Positions 20,264 to 54,014 of a stretch of 64,000 nucleotides of DNA are shown in pieces; the first letter of the stretch is position 1; every line of letters begins with the position of its first letter. The notes below the pieces were generated by a model. It made no database searches. It was not told where the DNA came from and worked only from the letters and a program-made list of their open reading frames with translations. The DNA comes from the human T2T-CHM13v2.0 reference genome, Homo sapiens: the NCBI RefSeq assembly GCF_009914755.1, contig NC_060943.1; one strand, given 5' to 3'. The translations under genes were made by a program, and so were the position numbers.

Positions 20264-21307
20264 ATGTGCACTAAAATGGAACAGCCCTTCTACCACGACG
20301 ACTCATACACAGCTACGGGATACGGCCGGGCCCCTGGTGGCCTCTCTCTACACGACTACAAACTCCTGAAACCGAGCCTGGCGGTCAACCTGGCCGACCC
20401 CTACCGGAGTCTCAAAGCGCCTGGGGCTCGCGGACCCGGCCCAGAGGGCGGCGGTGGCGGCAGCTACTTTTCTGGTCAGGGCTCGGACACCGGCGCGTCT
20501 CTCAAGCTCGCCTCTTCGGAGCTGGAACGCCTGATTGTCCCCAACAGCAACGGCGTGATCACGACGACGCCTACACCCCCGGGACAGTACTTTTACCCCC
20601 GCGGGGGTGGCAGCGGTGGAGGTGCAGGGGGCGCAGGGGGCGGCGTCACCGAGGAGCAGGAGGGCTTCGCCGACGGCTTTGTCAAAGCCCTGGACGATCT
20701 GCACAAGATGAACCACGTGACACCCCCCAACGTGTCCCTGGGCGCTACCGGGGGGCCCCCGGCTGGGCCCGGGGGCGTCTACGCCGGCCCGGAGCCACCT
20801 CCCGTTTACACCAACCTCAGCAGCTACTCCCCAGCCTCTGCGTCCTCGGGAGGCGCCGGGGCTGCCGTCGGGACCGGGAGCTCGTACCCGACGACCACCA
20901 TCAGCTACCTCCCACACGCGCCGCCCTTCGCCGGTGGCCACCCGGCGCAGCTGGGCTTGGGCCGCGGCGCCTCCACCTTCAAGGAGGAACCGCAGACCGT
21001 GCCGGAGGCGCGCAGCCGGGACGCCACGCCGCCGGTGTCCCCCATCAACATGGAAGACCAAGAGCGCATCAAAGTGGAGCGCAAGCGGCTGCGGAACCGG
21101 CTGGCGGCCACCAAGTGCCGGAAGCGGAAGCTGGAGCGCATCGCGCGCCTGGAGGACAAGGTGAAGACGCTCAAGGCCGAGAACGCGGGGCTGTCGAGTA
21201 CCGCCGGCCTCCTCCGGGAGCAGGTGGCCCAGCTCAAACAGAAGGTCATGACCCACGTCAGCAACGGCTGTCAGCTGCTGCTTGGGGTCAAGGGACACGC
21301 CTTCTGA
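20264..21307 (+). CDS. JUNB: Transcription factor JunB (AP-1 bZIP), intronless, 347 aa
   Basis: [15 protein letters not shown]...[10 protein letters not shown] (delta domain)...RDATPPVSP (phosphodegron)...[32 protein letters not shown] (bZIP)...GHAF*; 1044 nt. Confidence 0.99.
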   Translation: MCTKMEQPFYHDDSYTATGYGRAPGGLSLHDYKLLKPSLAVNLADPYRSLKAPGARGPGPEGGGGGSYFSGQGSDTGASLKLASSELERLIVPNSNGVITTTPTPPGQYFYPRGGGSGGGAGGAGGGVTEEQEGFADGFVKALDDLHKMNHVTPPNVSLGATGGPPAGPGGVYAGPEPPPVYTNLSSYSPASASSGGAGAAVGTGSSYPTTTISYLPHAPPFAGGHPAQLGLGRGASTFKEEPQTVPEARSRDATPPVSPINMEDQERIKVERKRLRNRLAATKCRKRKLERIARLEDKVKTLKAENAGLSSTAGLLREQVAQLKQKVMTHVSNGCQLLLGVKGHAF

Positions 21308-21778
21308 ACGTCCCCTGCCCCTTTACGGACACCCCCTCGCTTGGACGGCTGGGCACACGCCTCCCACTGGGGTCCAGGGAGCAGGCGGTGGGCACCCACC
21401 CTGGGACCTAGGGGCGCCGCAAACCACACTGGACTCCGGCCCTCCTACCCTGCGCCCAGTCCTTCCACCTCGACGTTTACAAGCCCCCCCTTCCACTTTT
21501 TTTTGTATGTTTTTTTTCTGCTGGAAACAGACTCGATTCATATTGAATATAATATATTTGTGTATTTAACAGGGAGGGGAAGAGGGGGCGATCGCGGCGG
21601 AGCTGGCCCCGCCGCCTGGTACTCAAGCCCGCGGGGACATTGGGAAGGGGACCCCCGCCCCCTGCCCTCCCCTCTCTGCACCGTACTGTGGAAAAGAAAC
21701 ACGCACTTAGTCTCTAAAGAGTTTATTTTAAGACGTGTTTGTGTTTGTGTGTGTTTGTTCTTTTTATTGAATCTATTT

Positions 21779-21830
21779 AAGTAAAAAAAAAATTGGTTCT
21801 TTATTAATTTCTGTTGTCTTTTTTTCCAAG
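21779..21830 (+). terminator. JUNB non-canonical poly(A) region
   Basis: AAGTAAAAAAAAAA (AGTAAA at 21780-21785) followed by a U/GU-rich downstream element. No AATAAA seen in the 3' UTR. Confidence 0.6.
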
Positions 21831-22097
21831 CTGGGAGGGCGGGGGGAAAAAAAAAAGCACTGGTTTGCCCCCAGCTCAGTGCTGTTGGTGGCTCGGTCCT
21901 GTATGTGTCCCCCTCGTCGGTTCGGCGCAGGCATCTTGTGGTCCCAGCCCAGGAGTCCCACCCTTCCCGCGTCCCCAGATCTCCAGGGTTGGATGGTTGG
22001 GGCGCGGGACGCGGTCCAGGGACCCAGGAGCTGAAGGCAGGGTGCTCCGGCCGAGACTTGGAGTGCGCAGGCGCGTCCCCGCCCAGCCGCGCGCGCC

Positions 22098-22283
22098 GGG
22101 GCTTTCCCCGCTGACGCAGCGGAAGCGCTGCCCATACAAGGACCGATTCTGCCCAGTGACGCGACCGCGGTCTCTGGGCAGATTCCGGGAATCCCCTCCC
22201 CCGCTCTGCCGGGCAGGGCCGCGGCGCCGGGAAGGGGGCCGGGATTTTCCCGGGCAGGCGGCTGCCCGGGCACGGAAAGCCCC
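22098..22283. promoter_or_regulatory. JUNB 3' inducible enhancer (NF-kB x4, STAT, CRE, ETS/CArG-like)
   Basis: GGGGCTTTCC 22098-22107; GGGAATCCCC 22187-22196; GGGATTTTCC 22241-22250; GGAAAGCCCC 22274-22283; TTCCGGGAA 22183-22191; TGACG at 22112 and 22157; CGGAAG at 22120; CCATACAAGG 22132-22141. Confidence 0.85.
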
Positions 22284-23024
22284 AGGCCTGGGTCCAGAGC
22301 GCCCGCGGTGGGCGGGCAGCGCTCCTGGGCTCCGGGAGCCACCCCTGTGCCACCTTCAAGACACTGGCGCCTAGGCCCCGCCGCGCCCACGCCCCCTCCG
22401 TCTGACCTGACCGGGGCGGAGGGTTGCTGCTGCCTCCGCTGCTTTGCCGACGCCGTCCCCTCTACCCCCACCCCCTCCAGGAAGGGCGGCGCCCGCCTGC
22501 CAGTTTCCCCTCACGGGTGCCAGGCCAGGAGCGGGGCGACTGCCAGGTCTGGTCCTGCCGGGGCGGCTGCTCGGGCCGCTGGGCGCCGCCACCGCCCTCG
22601 CGCTGGGCTCCCTCCCGCGCAGCTGGGACACGTGGAGGTGGGGGTGGGGGTGCTGGTGCTGCTGGCCCGCCTAGAGGGAGTCTGGCCGGCTTCGGGGTTG
22701 GAAGCCCCCAGAGCAGTGGAGAAAAACAGGTAGAGAAACCAGACAGGCAGTAGGGTGAGTGGAACAGACACTTCATCAATTCATTTGTACAATACCTAGA
22801 ACAACTAGACCCTGGAGACACAGCCTGGACCACTCCAGACAAGACAATAAATAAACAAGCAAACATGGTTCTTTGGGGGTGGTGGTAAGTGCTAGTAAGA
22901 GGAAAAAAACAAACTAAAACAAACAAAAAAAAAAAACAAAAAAAAAAGGTCAAGGTGGCAATGATGGGGCAGGGAGGAAAGATGCTTTGCAGAATGGAGT
23001 GGGAACATGGACCTTTAATAGGGT

Positions 23025-24325
<1,301 letters not shown>

Positions 24326-25330
24326 TTGGGAGCAGCTCTTAAATGGCAAAATTCATGTAGCCAGGTGAGCCTGTGAAAGAACAGCAGGAAGCCAGCCTGT
24401 CTGGAATGGAGTGAACCACAACAGGGCAGATGTCAAGGGAGACTGAGTAGGGGCCTTGGGGAGGAGTGTAGATTAAATTCCAAGGGAGATGAGTGACCCT
24501 TAGAGGGTATTAGGTGGGTACCAGCATTAATAGTGGATCTGTGGATTAAATGAGCATATTAGCCCTGTTCTGTAGGAGGAAATTGGGGCATAGAGTAGCA
24601 AAACTACTTTCCTGAACGCACACAATATTAAACTGCACCCCTGGGAACCCTGCCTTGCTGCTAATACCTGCCTTCTAGCCTAACTGCCACCCTCCCACCC
24701 CAGGGGCAGACAGGCAACCTTTCCAGCCTGGGGTGGGGCAGAGCTCACAGCAGGGACTCTGCACTCTGCACGTAGCTCAGGCTCTCATTCTTGGTTCTGC
24801 TCTTAAGACTGGGTCCCCACCCTCTTCCCCATAAGACTACACTGGGCTGGGTTCCTTTCAGCTCGAGGAAGCCGTCTTAGGAACTAGGAACTGGGCCCTA
24901 CACAGGGGCCTCAGCCCCGAGCTTCACATAACTTATCTCCTACAAATTTTACCACGTGCATGGTGATCTGGGTTTGCAGTCCCATTTTACTGCTGAAGAG
25001 ACCCAGAGACGATCACAGCTCTTAAACGGCATTTGAACCCAGGCTGGCTGGTGACAAAATGTGGGCTTTGCCTTGCATGGCCAGATTTCTGGATGTAGGG
25101 CATCCTGGGATTTGCAAGGGACAAACGGCATACCCTACCCCTCCGAAACCGCCTTGAGCGCAAGCAGGAAAAGAGCAGGCACTAAGCATGTGATAAGACC
25201 GCCACCGTGTGGCGAAGATGAGCAACCACAGGGTCAGTTTCCCAAGCCTGAGCCTGAAGAAGGAAGGGGGTTGCAGGGGAGGACGAAAGGACAGAGCACA
25301 CCAACACAGACTCACACCTTTCCCTAATAC

Positions 25331-25336
25331 TTTATT
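25331..25336 (-). terminator. PRDX2 poly(A) signal AATAAA
   Basis: TTTATT on the plus strand, about 240 nt past the PRDX2 stop. Confidence 0.85.
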
Positions 25337-25572
25337 GGTTACCTCTAGGCCTGTGTGCGGCTGGGTGGGCTTGGGGGAGGGCGTCACTATTCAGCTTCTA
25401 GGTGGAGGCATGAGAAGGCCTTGGCCTAGCCCTCCAGGGTCCCATACTGTGGAGTTTGGAGGGGCAGGTCTGGCCTTTCCTGGGTCAGCATAGGGCACCC
25501 AGGTGGGGGCACAGGTGGACACCCAGCACAGGCACCTAGGCAGGGGCACAAGCTCACTATCCGTTAGCCAGC

Positions 25573-29766
<4,194 letters not shown>

Positions 29767-30244
29767 GACTGAAAGCTGAGACCCCCGCCCGGTCAGTGCG
29801 CCCGGGAAGACACTTTGTCCTCCCAACCCAAGGTCGCGCTGCGTGCTGGGCCCTATGACTGAGTCAGCACGGCGGAGGCGACAGCACTAACCCTCACCCT
29901 CCCGGGTACCCGGTCTACGAGGCCCGGAGGCTGCCGGAGACCCGCTCTCCTGACCAGAGCACGAGTGACCCAGCCACTGCCACCAGCACCCCACGAGCGA
30001 GTCGGCCGGAGGGCGGTGTCGCAAGCCCCCAGCCCAGAAGGAGACAGTGAGGCCCGCACGAGCAGGGGGCGGGAAGTCGGGCGATCCGGCCTGCGCTGCA
30101 AGGCTGTGGCCTCGGTTTCCCCCGCAAGGACAAAGGAGGCCACTATAGCGGATGGAAAGCAAAGGCGGCCAGCACTAAAGTCAGGATCGGGCCAAAGCAG
30201 CCTGAAGGGGGTCCTCCCGCCAGGTGCACTCCGGGTGTTCATAC

Positions 30245-34420
<4,176 letters not shown>

Positions 34421-34975
34421 AGTGGGTCGAGGGGTGGGGGTGGGGACATTCATTCTAAGTTGGGAGGAATGAGCTTCTATAGGGAGCAGAGACCCTGAGC
34501 AGGAGTCCACCGAGGTCTGTGATCTCCAACGCGGGTGGGGAAGGCTTGGCCTGAATGAGACAGAGGTTAGGAAGCACAGATCTTGCACGGAGTGGAGGTG
34601 GGCCGAAGGGAGCAACCAAGAGAGGGAGTTTGGGGACTCCAAATCCAAAAGCCTGGGTTTAGTGGAAGCGGGGCTACCTGGTCCAGGGGACTTAGAATGT
34701 GTACAGAAGCAGGGACCGTAAGTACAGGGCCTGAATCCAAGTGGCAGTTGGGGACCCAGTGATGCGGTGACCCGTGTCCTGGGAGTGGGGTGATATTTGA
34801 CTCTCTAGTTCCCCGTTAGGCTGGGTCTTCGAAGCTACGTCTCAGTTTCCCTCTTATTTCCCCCTCTTCCCACCGGGCCACGCAGGCGGGGCCCCAGAGA
34901 CCGTGAAGCAGAGCTTGCAAAGTGACCCCGTCCACCGAATTCCCCAAGCTGAGTGTTCGGCCATAGCCCTTCGGG

Positions 34976-35110
34976 ACTACAATTCCCAGGAGGGCGCACG
35001 GCAGCGACGTCGGCGTCGGCTGCGTAAGCGTCCACGGCGGCGGGAGCGCCAGGGGCGTGTTCTGCCCGCGGATTGGCCGGAAGCAGGCGCCGCTTCGAGG
35101 CCCGCGGAAA
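34976..35110 (+). promoter_or_regulatory. RNASEH2A CpG promoter (ZNF143/SBS, CCAAT, ETS, E2F-like)
   Basis: ACTACAATTCCCAG 34976-34989; ATTGG 35072-35076; CCGGAAG 35077-35083; CGCGGAAA 35103-35110. Confidence 0.75.
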
Positions 35111-35168
35111 ACGCGCGCCGAGACCCGCTCCTGCAGTATTAGTTCTTGCAGCTGGTGGTGGCGGCTGA

Positions 35169-41979
<6,811 letters not shown>

Positions 41980-42020
41980 CAGCTGCCTCTACGCGCTCTA
42001 CCTGCTTCCCCAACCCAGAC

Positions 42021-42026
42021 ATTAAA
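42021..42026 (+). terminator. RNASEH2A poly(A) signal ATTAAA
   Basis: ATTAAA 41 nt after the stop codon. Confidence 0.75.
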
Positions 42027-42223
42027 ATTGTTTAAGGAGAACCACACGTAGGGGATGTACTTTTGGGACAGAAGCAAGGTGGGAGTGTGCTCTGCAGCCG
42101 GGTCCAGCTACTTCCTTTTGGAACCTTAAATAGAATGGGTGTTGGTTGATTAATTTTATTTGGTTTGATTTTTTTCATTTTTAAATTTTATTTATTTTAT
42201 TTTATTTTATTTTATTTTTTTGA

Positions 42224-42865
<642 letters not shown>

Positions 42866-43023
42866 TAGTAGAGACAAGGTTTCACTATATGTTAGTCAGG
42901 CTGTTCTCTACCTCCTGACCTCAGGTGATCTGCCCACCTCAGCCTCTCAAAGTGCTGGGATTACAGGCATGAGCCACTGCACCGACCTTTTTAGTTATAT
43001 TTTTAATTTTTAAAAATTTTTAA

Positions 43024-43218
<195 letters not shown>

Positions 43219-43881
43219 TAGCCATGATGGTCTCAATCTTCTGACCTTGTGATCCGTCTGCTTCAGCCTCCCAAAGTGCTGGGATTACAGGCGTGAGCCG
43301 CCATGCATTGCCTATTTTTATTTTAAAAATTTTTTGAGACAGAATCTCACTCTGTCACCCAGGCTGGAGTGCAGTGGTGCGATCTCAGCTCAGTGTAACT
43401 TCCGCCTCCTGGGTTCAAGTGATTCTCCCACCTTAACCTCCTGAGTAGCTGAGGTTCCAGGCACACGCCACGATGCCCAACTAATTTTTGTATTTTTTGT
43501 AGAGATGAGGTTTCATCATGTCGCCCAGGCTGGTCTTGTAGTCCTGGGTTCAAGTGATCTGCCCGCTGTGACCTCTCAATGTGTGAGCCACCATACCTGG
43601 CTGATTAATATGTAAAATACATGATGTGGCTGGGCGCAGGGGCTCATACATGTAATCCTAGTGCTTTGGAAGGCTGAGTCAGGAGGATCTTGACCAGTCT
43701 GGACAACATAGGGTAACAAGAGTGAAACTCTGTCTCAAAAAAAAAAAAAAAAAAAAAAAAAAATGCTGGGCTGCATGGGGGAAGATAAGAAAAAATAAAG
43801 AAAGGTCACGAACCAAACAAAAATCTTGGCGGGCAGGGTGCCGTGTGGCTGCAGTCCCAGCTTTTCTGGAGGTTGAGGTAG

Positions 43882-44283
<402 letters not shown>

Positions 44284-44596
44284 TGAACCCCTGACCTCAA
44301 GTGACCCGCCTGCCTCGGTCTCCCAATGTGCTGGGATTATAAGTGTAAGCCACTGTGCCCAGTCTGTTTTTGTTTTCTGAGACAGGGTCTCCGTCACCCA
44401 GACCGAAGTGTTGCCATGTGATCTTGGCTCATTGAAGCTTCGAATGCCTGGGCTCACAGGGTCCTCCCACCTCAGCCCTGTGAGTAAGTGGAACTACAAG
44501 TATGCCACCACGCACAGCCAATTTAAAAAAAATGGCTGGGCGCGGTGGCTCACGCCTGTAATCCCAGCACTTTGGGAGGCCGAGGTGGGTGGATCA

Positions 44597-44839
<243 letters not shown>

Positions 44840-45183
44840 TTAAAAAAAATTTGGTAGAGACAGGATCGCCCTGTTGCCCAGATTGGTCTCTCAAATTCCT
44901 GAGCCCAAGCGATCCTCCCATCTCACCCTCCCAAAGTTCTTGGGATTACAGGCGTGGGCCACTGCGCCTGCCCTGCTCTCTTTTTTGAGACAGAGTCTTG
45001 CTTTGTTGCCCAGGCTGGAGTGCAGTGTTGCAATCTTGACTTACTGTGCCCTCAAACTCCTGAGGTCAAGCGACCCTCCTGCCTCGGCCTTCAAGTAGCT
45101 AGCACTGCAGGCGTGTATCACTATGCTCAGCTAAGTTTTTTATTTCATAGAGATGGGGCCTTCCTATGTGAGAGGAGGCCTAG

Positions 45184-45906
<723 letters not shown>

Positions 45907-46039
45907 TTATAGAGATGGGGGTCTTGCTATGTTGCCCAGTTTGCTCTCAAACTCCGGGCCCAAAGGATCCTCCCACCATAGCCTCCCAAAGTGTTAAATT
46001 GTTGAGATTACAGGCATGAGACACAGTGCCCGGCCAAGT

Positions 46040-46202
46040 GTCCTAATTTCTTATTGTCATTGAATTAGAGCTCACAAATATGACCTCATTTTACTTTAAT
46101 TACCCCTTTAAACACGCTCTTTCCAAACACAGTCACGTTTTGACATGCTGGGGGTTAGGACTTGAACATATGAATTGGAGGAGACCCATTCAACCCATAA
46201 CA
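46040..46202 (-). mobile_element. MaLR (MLT1A-like) LTR fragment
   Basis: ATGACCTCATTTTACTTTAATTACC...CAGTCAC...GGGGGTTAGGACTT...CATTCAACCCATAACA is typical of an MLT1A/MST LTR end. Confidence 0.6.
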
Positions 46203-46716
46203 GAGCATTTCTCCACTCCACGCAAATTCTTTGTAGGACGCAGAAGCCAGCACTGCACCAGCCAGCCAGAATCCCAGAACTGTCCTTTGACAGTGGAGGC
46301 TAGAGTGCCCAGGAATGCATGATGGGGGACCCAGCTCTGATCTGGGGGTCTCAGAGCCTGAGGAACTGACTGGCAGAGGTCTGCGGGGTGAATGCGGTGG
46401 AATAAGTGACTGGAGGATGGAGGGGGTTCCAGGCATTGGGCACGTGTTGAGGCCTAGAAATGGGAGACCTGGCTTCAAGAAGGCCCGAGAGGCCAGGCGC
46501 CGTGGCTCACGCCTGTAATCCCAGCGCTTTGGGAGGCCGAGGTGGGCAGATCACGAGGTCAAGAGATGGAGACTATCCTGGCCAACATGGTGAAACCTCA
46601 TCTCTACCAAAAATACAAAAATTAGCTGGGTGTGGTGGTGGGTGCCTGTAGTCCCAGCTACTCTGGAGGCTGAGGCAGGAGAATCACTTAAACATGGGAG
46701 GCGAAGGTTTCAGTGA

Positions 46717-47401
<685 letters not shown>

Positions 47402-48010
47402 TAGCCAGGATGGTCTCAATCTCCTGACGTCGTGATCTGCCCGCCTTGGCCTCCCAAAATGCTGGGATTACAGGCGTGAGCCACTGTGCCCCGCCTTCTT
47501 TGACTTTTTGTAGACACCAGGGGGTGGGTCTTGAAGTCCTGAGCTCAAGGGGTCTCCTGCCTTGGCCTCCCCAAGTGCTAGGATTATAAGTAAAAGCCAC
47601 CAGCCACCATGTGCAGCCTGCAAATGTTACTTCTTTTTTTTTTTTTTCTGGAATAGAGCCTCACTCTGTCACCCAGGCTGGAGTGCAGTGGTGCGATCTC
47701 AGCTCACTGCATCCTCTGCCTCCTGGGTTCAAGCAATTCTCCTGCCTCAGCTCCCGAGTAGCTGGGATTATAGGAACCTACCACCACACCCTGCTAATTT
47801 TTGTATTTTTAGTACAGACGAAGTTTCACCAAGTTGGCCAGGCTGGTCTTGAACTCCTGACCTCAGGTTATCCACCCGCCTCAGCCTCCCAAAGTGCTGG
47901 GATTACAGGCATGAGCCACCGCGCCCGGCCTGCAAATGTTACTTCTAACAACAGCCTTTGAATTTGTGAGAACTCAGTGCTGGGTCCCCGTCCCAGCAGC
48001 GTGAAGCTCA

Positions 48011-48382
<372 letters not shown>

Positions 48383-48781
48383 TCAAAAAAAAAAAAAAAA
48401 AAAAAAAGGCCAGGTGGCTCACACCTGTAATCCCAGCACTTTGGGAGGCTAAGGTGGGCGGATCACGAGGTCAGGAGATTGAGACCATCCTGGCTAACAT
48501 GGTGAAACCCCATCTCTACTAAAAACACAAAAAATTAGCCAGTGTGGTGGCGGGCACCTGTAGTCCCAGCTACTCGGGAGACTGAGGCAGGAGAATGGCG
48601 TGAACCTGGGAGGCGGAGCTTGCAGTGAGCCGAGAATAGCGCCACTGCACTCCAGCCTGGGCTAAAGAGCGAGACTCCATCTCAAAAAAAAAAAAAAAAA
48701 AAAAGGGTCTCAGCCAGGCACAGTGGCTCATGCCTATAATCCCAGCACTTTGGGAGGCTAAGGTGGCGGATCACGAGGTCA

Positions 48782-49147
<366 letters not shown>

Positions 49148-50359
49148 TCAGGCATAGTGGCAGGCACCTGTAATCCCAGCTAGTAAGGAGGCTGAGGCAG
49201 GAGAATAGCTTGAACCTGGGAGGCAGAGGTTGCAGTAAGCCGAGATCGTGCCACACTGCACTCCAGCCTGGGTGACAAGAGCGAGACTCCGTCTCAAAAA
49301 ACAAAAACAAAAAACCTATGGCTTTCACATGTTTCCTTTTCTAAATGAGGTCCTGAGTATGTGGGACTACAGGCACAAACCATTGCACCTCGCTAATTTT
49401 TTTTGGTTTTTGTTTTTTTTGGTAGAGATGAGGTCTTACTATGTTGCCCAGGCTGATTTTGAACTCCTGGCTTCAAGCAGTTCTCCTGCTTCAGCCTTCC
49501 AAAGTGCTGGGATTTCAGGCGTGAGCTGTCCTACCTAATTTTGTCCAGCCTTTTTTTTTTTTTTTTTATTTTGGAGATGAGGTCTGGCTATGGTGCCCAT
49601 GCTATTCCCAATCTCCTGGCCTCAAGCAATACAGTCACCTCAGCCTCCCAAGTAGCTGAGACTGTAGCCACGAACTGCCAAACCTTGCATCACACCCTCC
49701 TGTCTCTCTCTCTCTCTTTTTTTTTTTTTCTGAGACACGGTCTCCATCTGTTGCCTCAGCTGGAGGGCAGATGATGGCTCACTGCAACCTCCACCTCCTG
49801 GCTCAAGTAATCCTCCCACCTTCAGCCTCCCAAGTAGCTGGGACTACAGGTGTGTGCCACCATGCCCAGCTAATTTTTTTAATTTTTAGTAGAGATGGGG
49901 TTTTGCCCTGTTGCCCAGGCTGGTCTGGAACTCCTGACCTCAAAGAATTCATCTGCCTCAGCCTCCTAAAGTGCTAGAATTACAGGTGTGAGCCACAGCT
50001 CCTGGTACATCACACTCTATCCTCAGGTTCAAGTGTCTCTGCCTGGCATCCAGTGTCTTCCAGGACCAGATCCCATCTCCCATGGTCTATCCCAGGCTTC
50101 CTGGTCAGCTCAGAGTTCCCAGAATATGAAATCTCCAGGCCTTTCACTTGGAATGTCCTCCATGGCTTGATTATCTGACTGGAGATCCTTTAAAGACTTG
50201 CTTTACTTCCTTGAATGCTTGTTCCTCCTCCTTGTCACAATAACACAGTCTATAACATCAGTAACCCAGTATGTAACATCATCCACCAGAAGCAATCATA
50301 ATAGACGGTCTACATTCATTGAGTGATAATTGTGTGCCACACTTTCTAAGCATTTTATT

Positions 50360-51725
50360 TGACATCCCCCCCATTGGAGGTGGAGTCTATGATGCCTCTC
50401 CTTGAATATGAGCTGGCTTCAGTGACTCACTGTAGTGAATAAAAAGTGAGAGATGTCACACTGTGTGAGTTCCAAGGTTAAGTCATCAGAACTGAAACAG
50501 ATCCCACCTGGCTTGCTCTCTTGGGATATTTCCCTTAGACCGTAGCTGCCATGTTGAGAGGAAGCCCAAGCCACAGAGAGGCCATGTGCAGATATTCTGG
50601 CCAACAGCCCCAGCAGAAGTTCAAGGCAACAGCCAACACCAACTACCAGATATGTGAGCAAGGAAGCCTTCAACGTGATTCCAGCCCCAGCCACTGTGTC
50701 TGCAAGTATATGACAGATCTTCAGGAAGAACTGCCAAGCTGAACCAAGTCAAACCCCAGAACCATGAAAGATAGTAACTTTTTTTTTTTTTTTGAGATGG
50801 AGTCTCGCTCTGTCACCCAGGCTGGAGTGTAATGGCGTGATCTCGGCTCACTGAAACCTCTGCTTCCTGGGTTCAAGCAATTATCCTGCCTCAGCCTCCT
50901 GAGTAGCTGGGATTACAGGCATGCGCCACCACACCCGGCTAATTTTCTGTATTTTTAGTATAGATGGAGTTTCACCATGTTGGTTAGGCTGGTCTCGAAC
51001 TCCTGACCTCGTGATCCACCTGCCTCGGCCTCCTAAAGTGCTGGTTGTTGTTTCTTTTTTTTTGTTTTGTTTTGTTTTTTGAGACGGAGTCTGGCTCTGT
51101 TACCCAGGTTGGGGCACAGTGGCATGATCTCGGCTCACTGCAACCTCTGCCTTATGGGTTCAAGTGATTCTCCAGCCTCAGCCTCCTGAGTAGCTGGGAT
51201 TACAGGCACGCACCACCATGCCCAGCTAATTTTTTATTTTTAGTAGAGATAGGGTTTCACCATGTTGGCCAGGCTGGTCTTGAACCCCTGACCTCAGGTG
51301 ATCTGCCCGCCTCGGCCTCCCAACGTGCTGGGCTTACAGGCATGAGCCACTGCACTCAGCCGATAATGACTTTTTTTTCTGAGATGGAGTCTTGCTTTGT
51401 CGCCCAGGCTGGAGTGCAGTAGTGTGATCTCAGCTGACTAAAACCTCTGCCTCCCAGGTTCACGCCATTCTCCTGCCTCAGCCTCCCAAGTAGCTGGGAC
51501 TACGGGTGCCTGCCACAATGCCCGACTAATTTTTTGTATTTTTAGTAGAGACGGGGTTTCACCATGTCAGCCAGGATGGTCTCGATATCCTGGCCTTGCG
51601 ATCCGCCCGCCTTGGACTCCCAAAGTGCTGGGCTTACAGGCATGAGCCACCACGCCCAGCCTAGTGACCTTTTTTTCATCACTATATTGGAATTGTTTGG
51701 TATGCAGTGTTAGATAAGCAGAAAA
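50360..51725 (+). mobile_element. MaLR (MLT1G/H-like) LTR interrupted by Alus
   Basis: GCTGCCATGTTGAGAGGAAGCCCAAGCCAC...CCAGATATGTGAG...GATTCCAGCCCCAGCC...CCCAGAACCATGA. The terminal TTGTTTGGTATGCAG..TAGATAA resumes at about 51690 after the Alus. Confidence 0.6.
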
Positions 51726-51808
51726 ACTTGCACTAACTCACTGAATTCTCCTTTCTCAATCCTGTGAAAGGAATGCATTTCCGTTTTATTTTATTTATTT
51801 TATTGTAA

Positions 51809-52152
<344 letters not shown>

Positions 52153-52814
52153 TAGTAGAGATGGGGTTTCTCCATGTTGGTCATGCTGGTCTTGAACTCT
52201 TGATCTCGTGATCTGCCCGCCTTGGCCTCCCAAAGTGCTGGGATTACAGGCATGAGCCATCGCACCCGGCTGCCTGGCTAATTTTTGTACTTTTGGTAGA
52301 GACGGAGTTTCGCCATGTTGGCCAGGCTGGTCTCGAACTCCTGGCCTCAAGTGAATGAACCACCTGCCTCGGCCTCCCAAAGTGCTGGGATTACAGGCAT
52401 GAGACACCGTGCCCGGCCCACATTCCCATTTTAAAGATGAAGAAACTGAGGCTCAATCTGGGCAACGTGTGAAACCGAAGTTACAGCATAAGTAAGTGGT
52501 AGAGCTGGGTTGTGAACACAGGTGGACGCTACACGGGGTCATTCCCACCAAATTCTGTAGTCTGTACATGTATAATATGGGGTCTTGGGCAGGAATGGTG
52601 ACTTGTGTCTGTAATCCCAGCACTTTGGGAGGCCGAGGCAGGTGGATCACCTGAGGTTTCGCCAACATGGTGAAACCCCATCTCTACTAAAAATACAAAA
52701 ATTATCCAGATGTGGTGGTGTGTGCCTGCAATCCCAGCTACTCTGGAGGCTGAGGCACGAGAAGCACTTGAACCCAGGAGGCTGAGGTTGCAGTAAGCCA
52801 AGATTGCACCACTA

Positions 52815-53154
<340 letters not shown>

Positions 53155-54014
53155 TCAGTCTCAAAATAAATAAATAAATAAATAAAAAGCTGGGATCTGG
53201 CTTTTGCCCAGGCTGGAGTGTAGTGGCAGGATTATAGCTTACTGTAGCCTCAATGTTCTGGGATCGAGTGATCTTCTTACCTCAGCCTCTCAAGTAGTTG
53301 GGAGTACAGCACATACTACCAGGGCCAGCTTGGTATTCTGTGTCTGCATGTCTTATTATTATTATTTTTTTTGAGAGAGAGGCTCTCACTGTGTCACCCA
53401 GACTAGAGTACAGTGGTGTGATCGTGGCTCACTGCAGCCCTGAACTGAGCTCAAGCGATCCTCCTGCCTCAGCCTGCTGAGCAGGTAGGAATACAGGCAC
53501 GGGTCACTACACTGGGCCAATTAAAAATATTCTTTTTCTTTTTCTTTTTTCTTCCTTTCTCTCTCTCTCTTTTTTTTTTTTTTTTGTAGAGACAGGTTCT
53601 CACCGTATTGCGAAGCCTGGTCTTGAACTCCTGGGCTCAAGCAATCCAACCACCTCAGCCTCTCAAATTGCTGGGATTACAGGCATGAGCCTCTGCACCT
53701 GGCCTTGAAGTGTGTCTTGAGGCCTATACAAGTTAGGCAGCTTCTTGGCAGCCCTGGTGGCACACCATGGGAAGGAACCCCTCCTGCCCTTGTCAGCCCC
53801 TGTTCTGACCCCCTCTCCATTTCCAACAACTGGGTATTCCCAGTTATGTTGACTGCTCTAGGGCACAGGCTATCATTTACACTCTAGTATGAATCAGTCA
53901 CTACTTCTAGGGTCTGAGGATTAGACGTGAGACATCCGTTACTTTCTGGCAATTCTCCTTCCGACTTATTTCCCCAAGAAGCAGCCACACTCGTCACGTG
54001 CTCTAGCTGGCGAC

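Noticed and set aside
20348-21298. 316-aa ORF antisense to JUNB
   Set aside because: Shadow ORF caused by GC-rich codon usage of the JUNB CDS; no recognisable domain.
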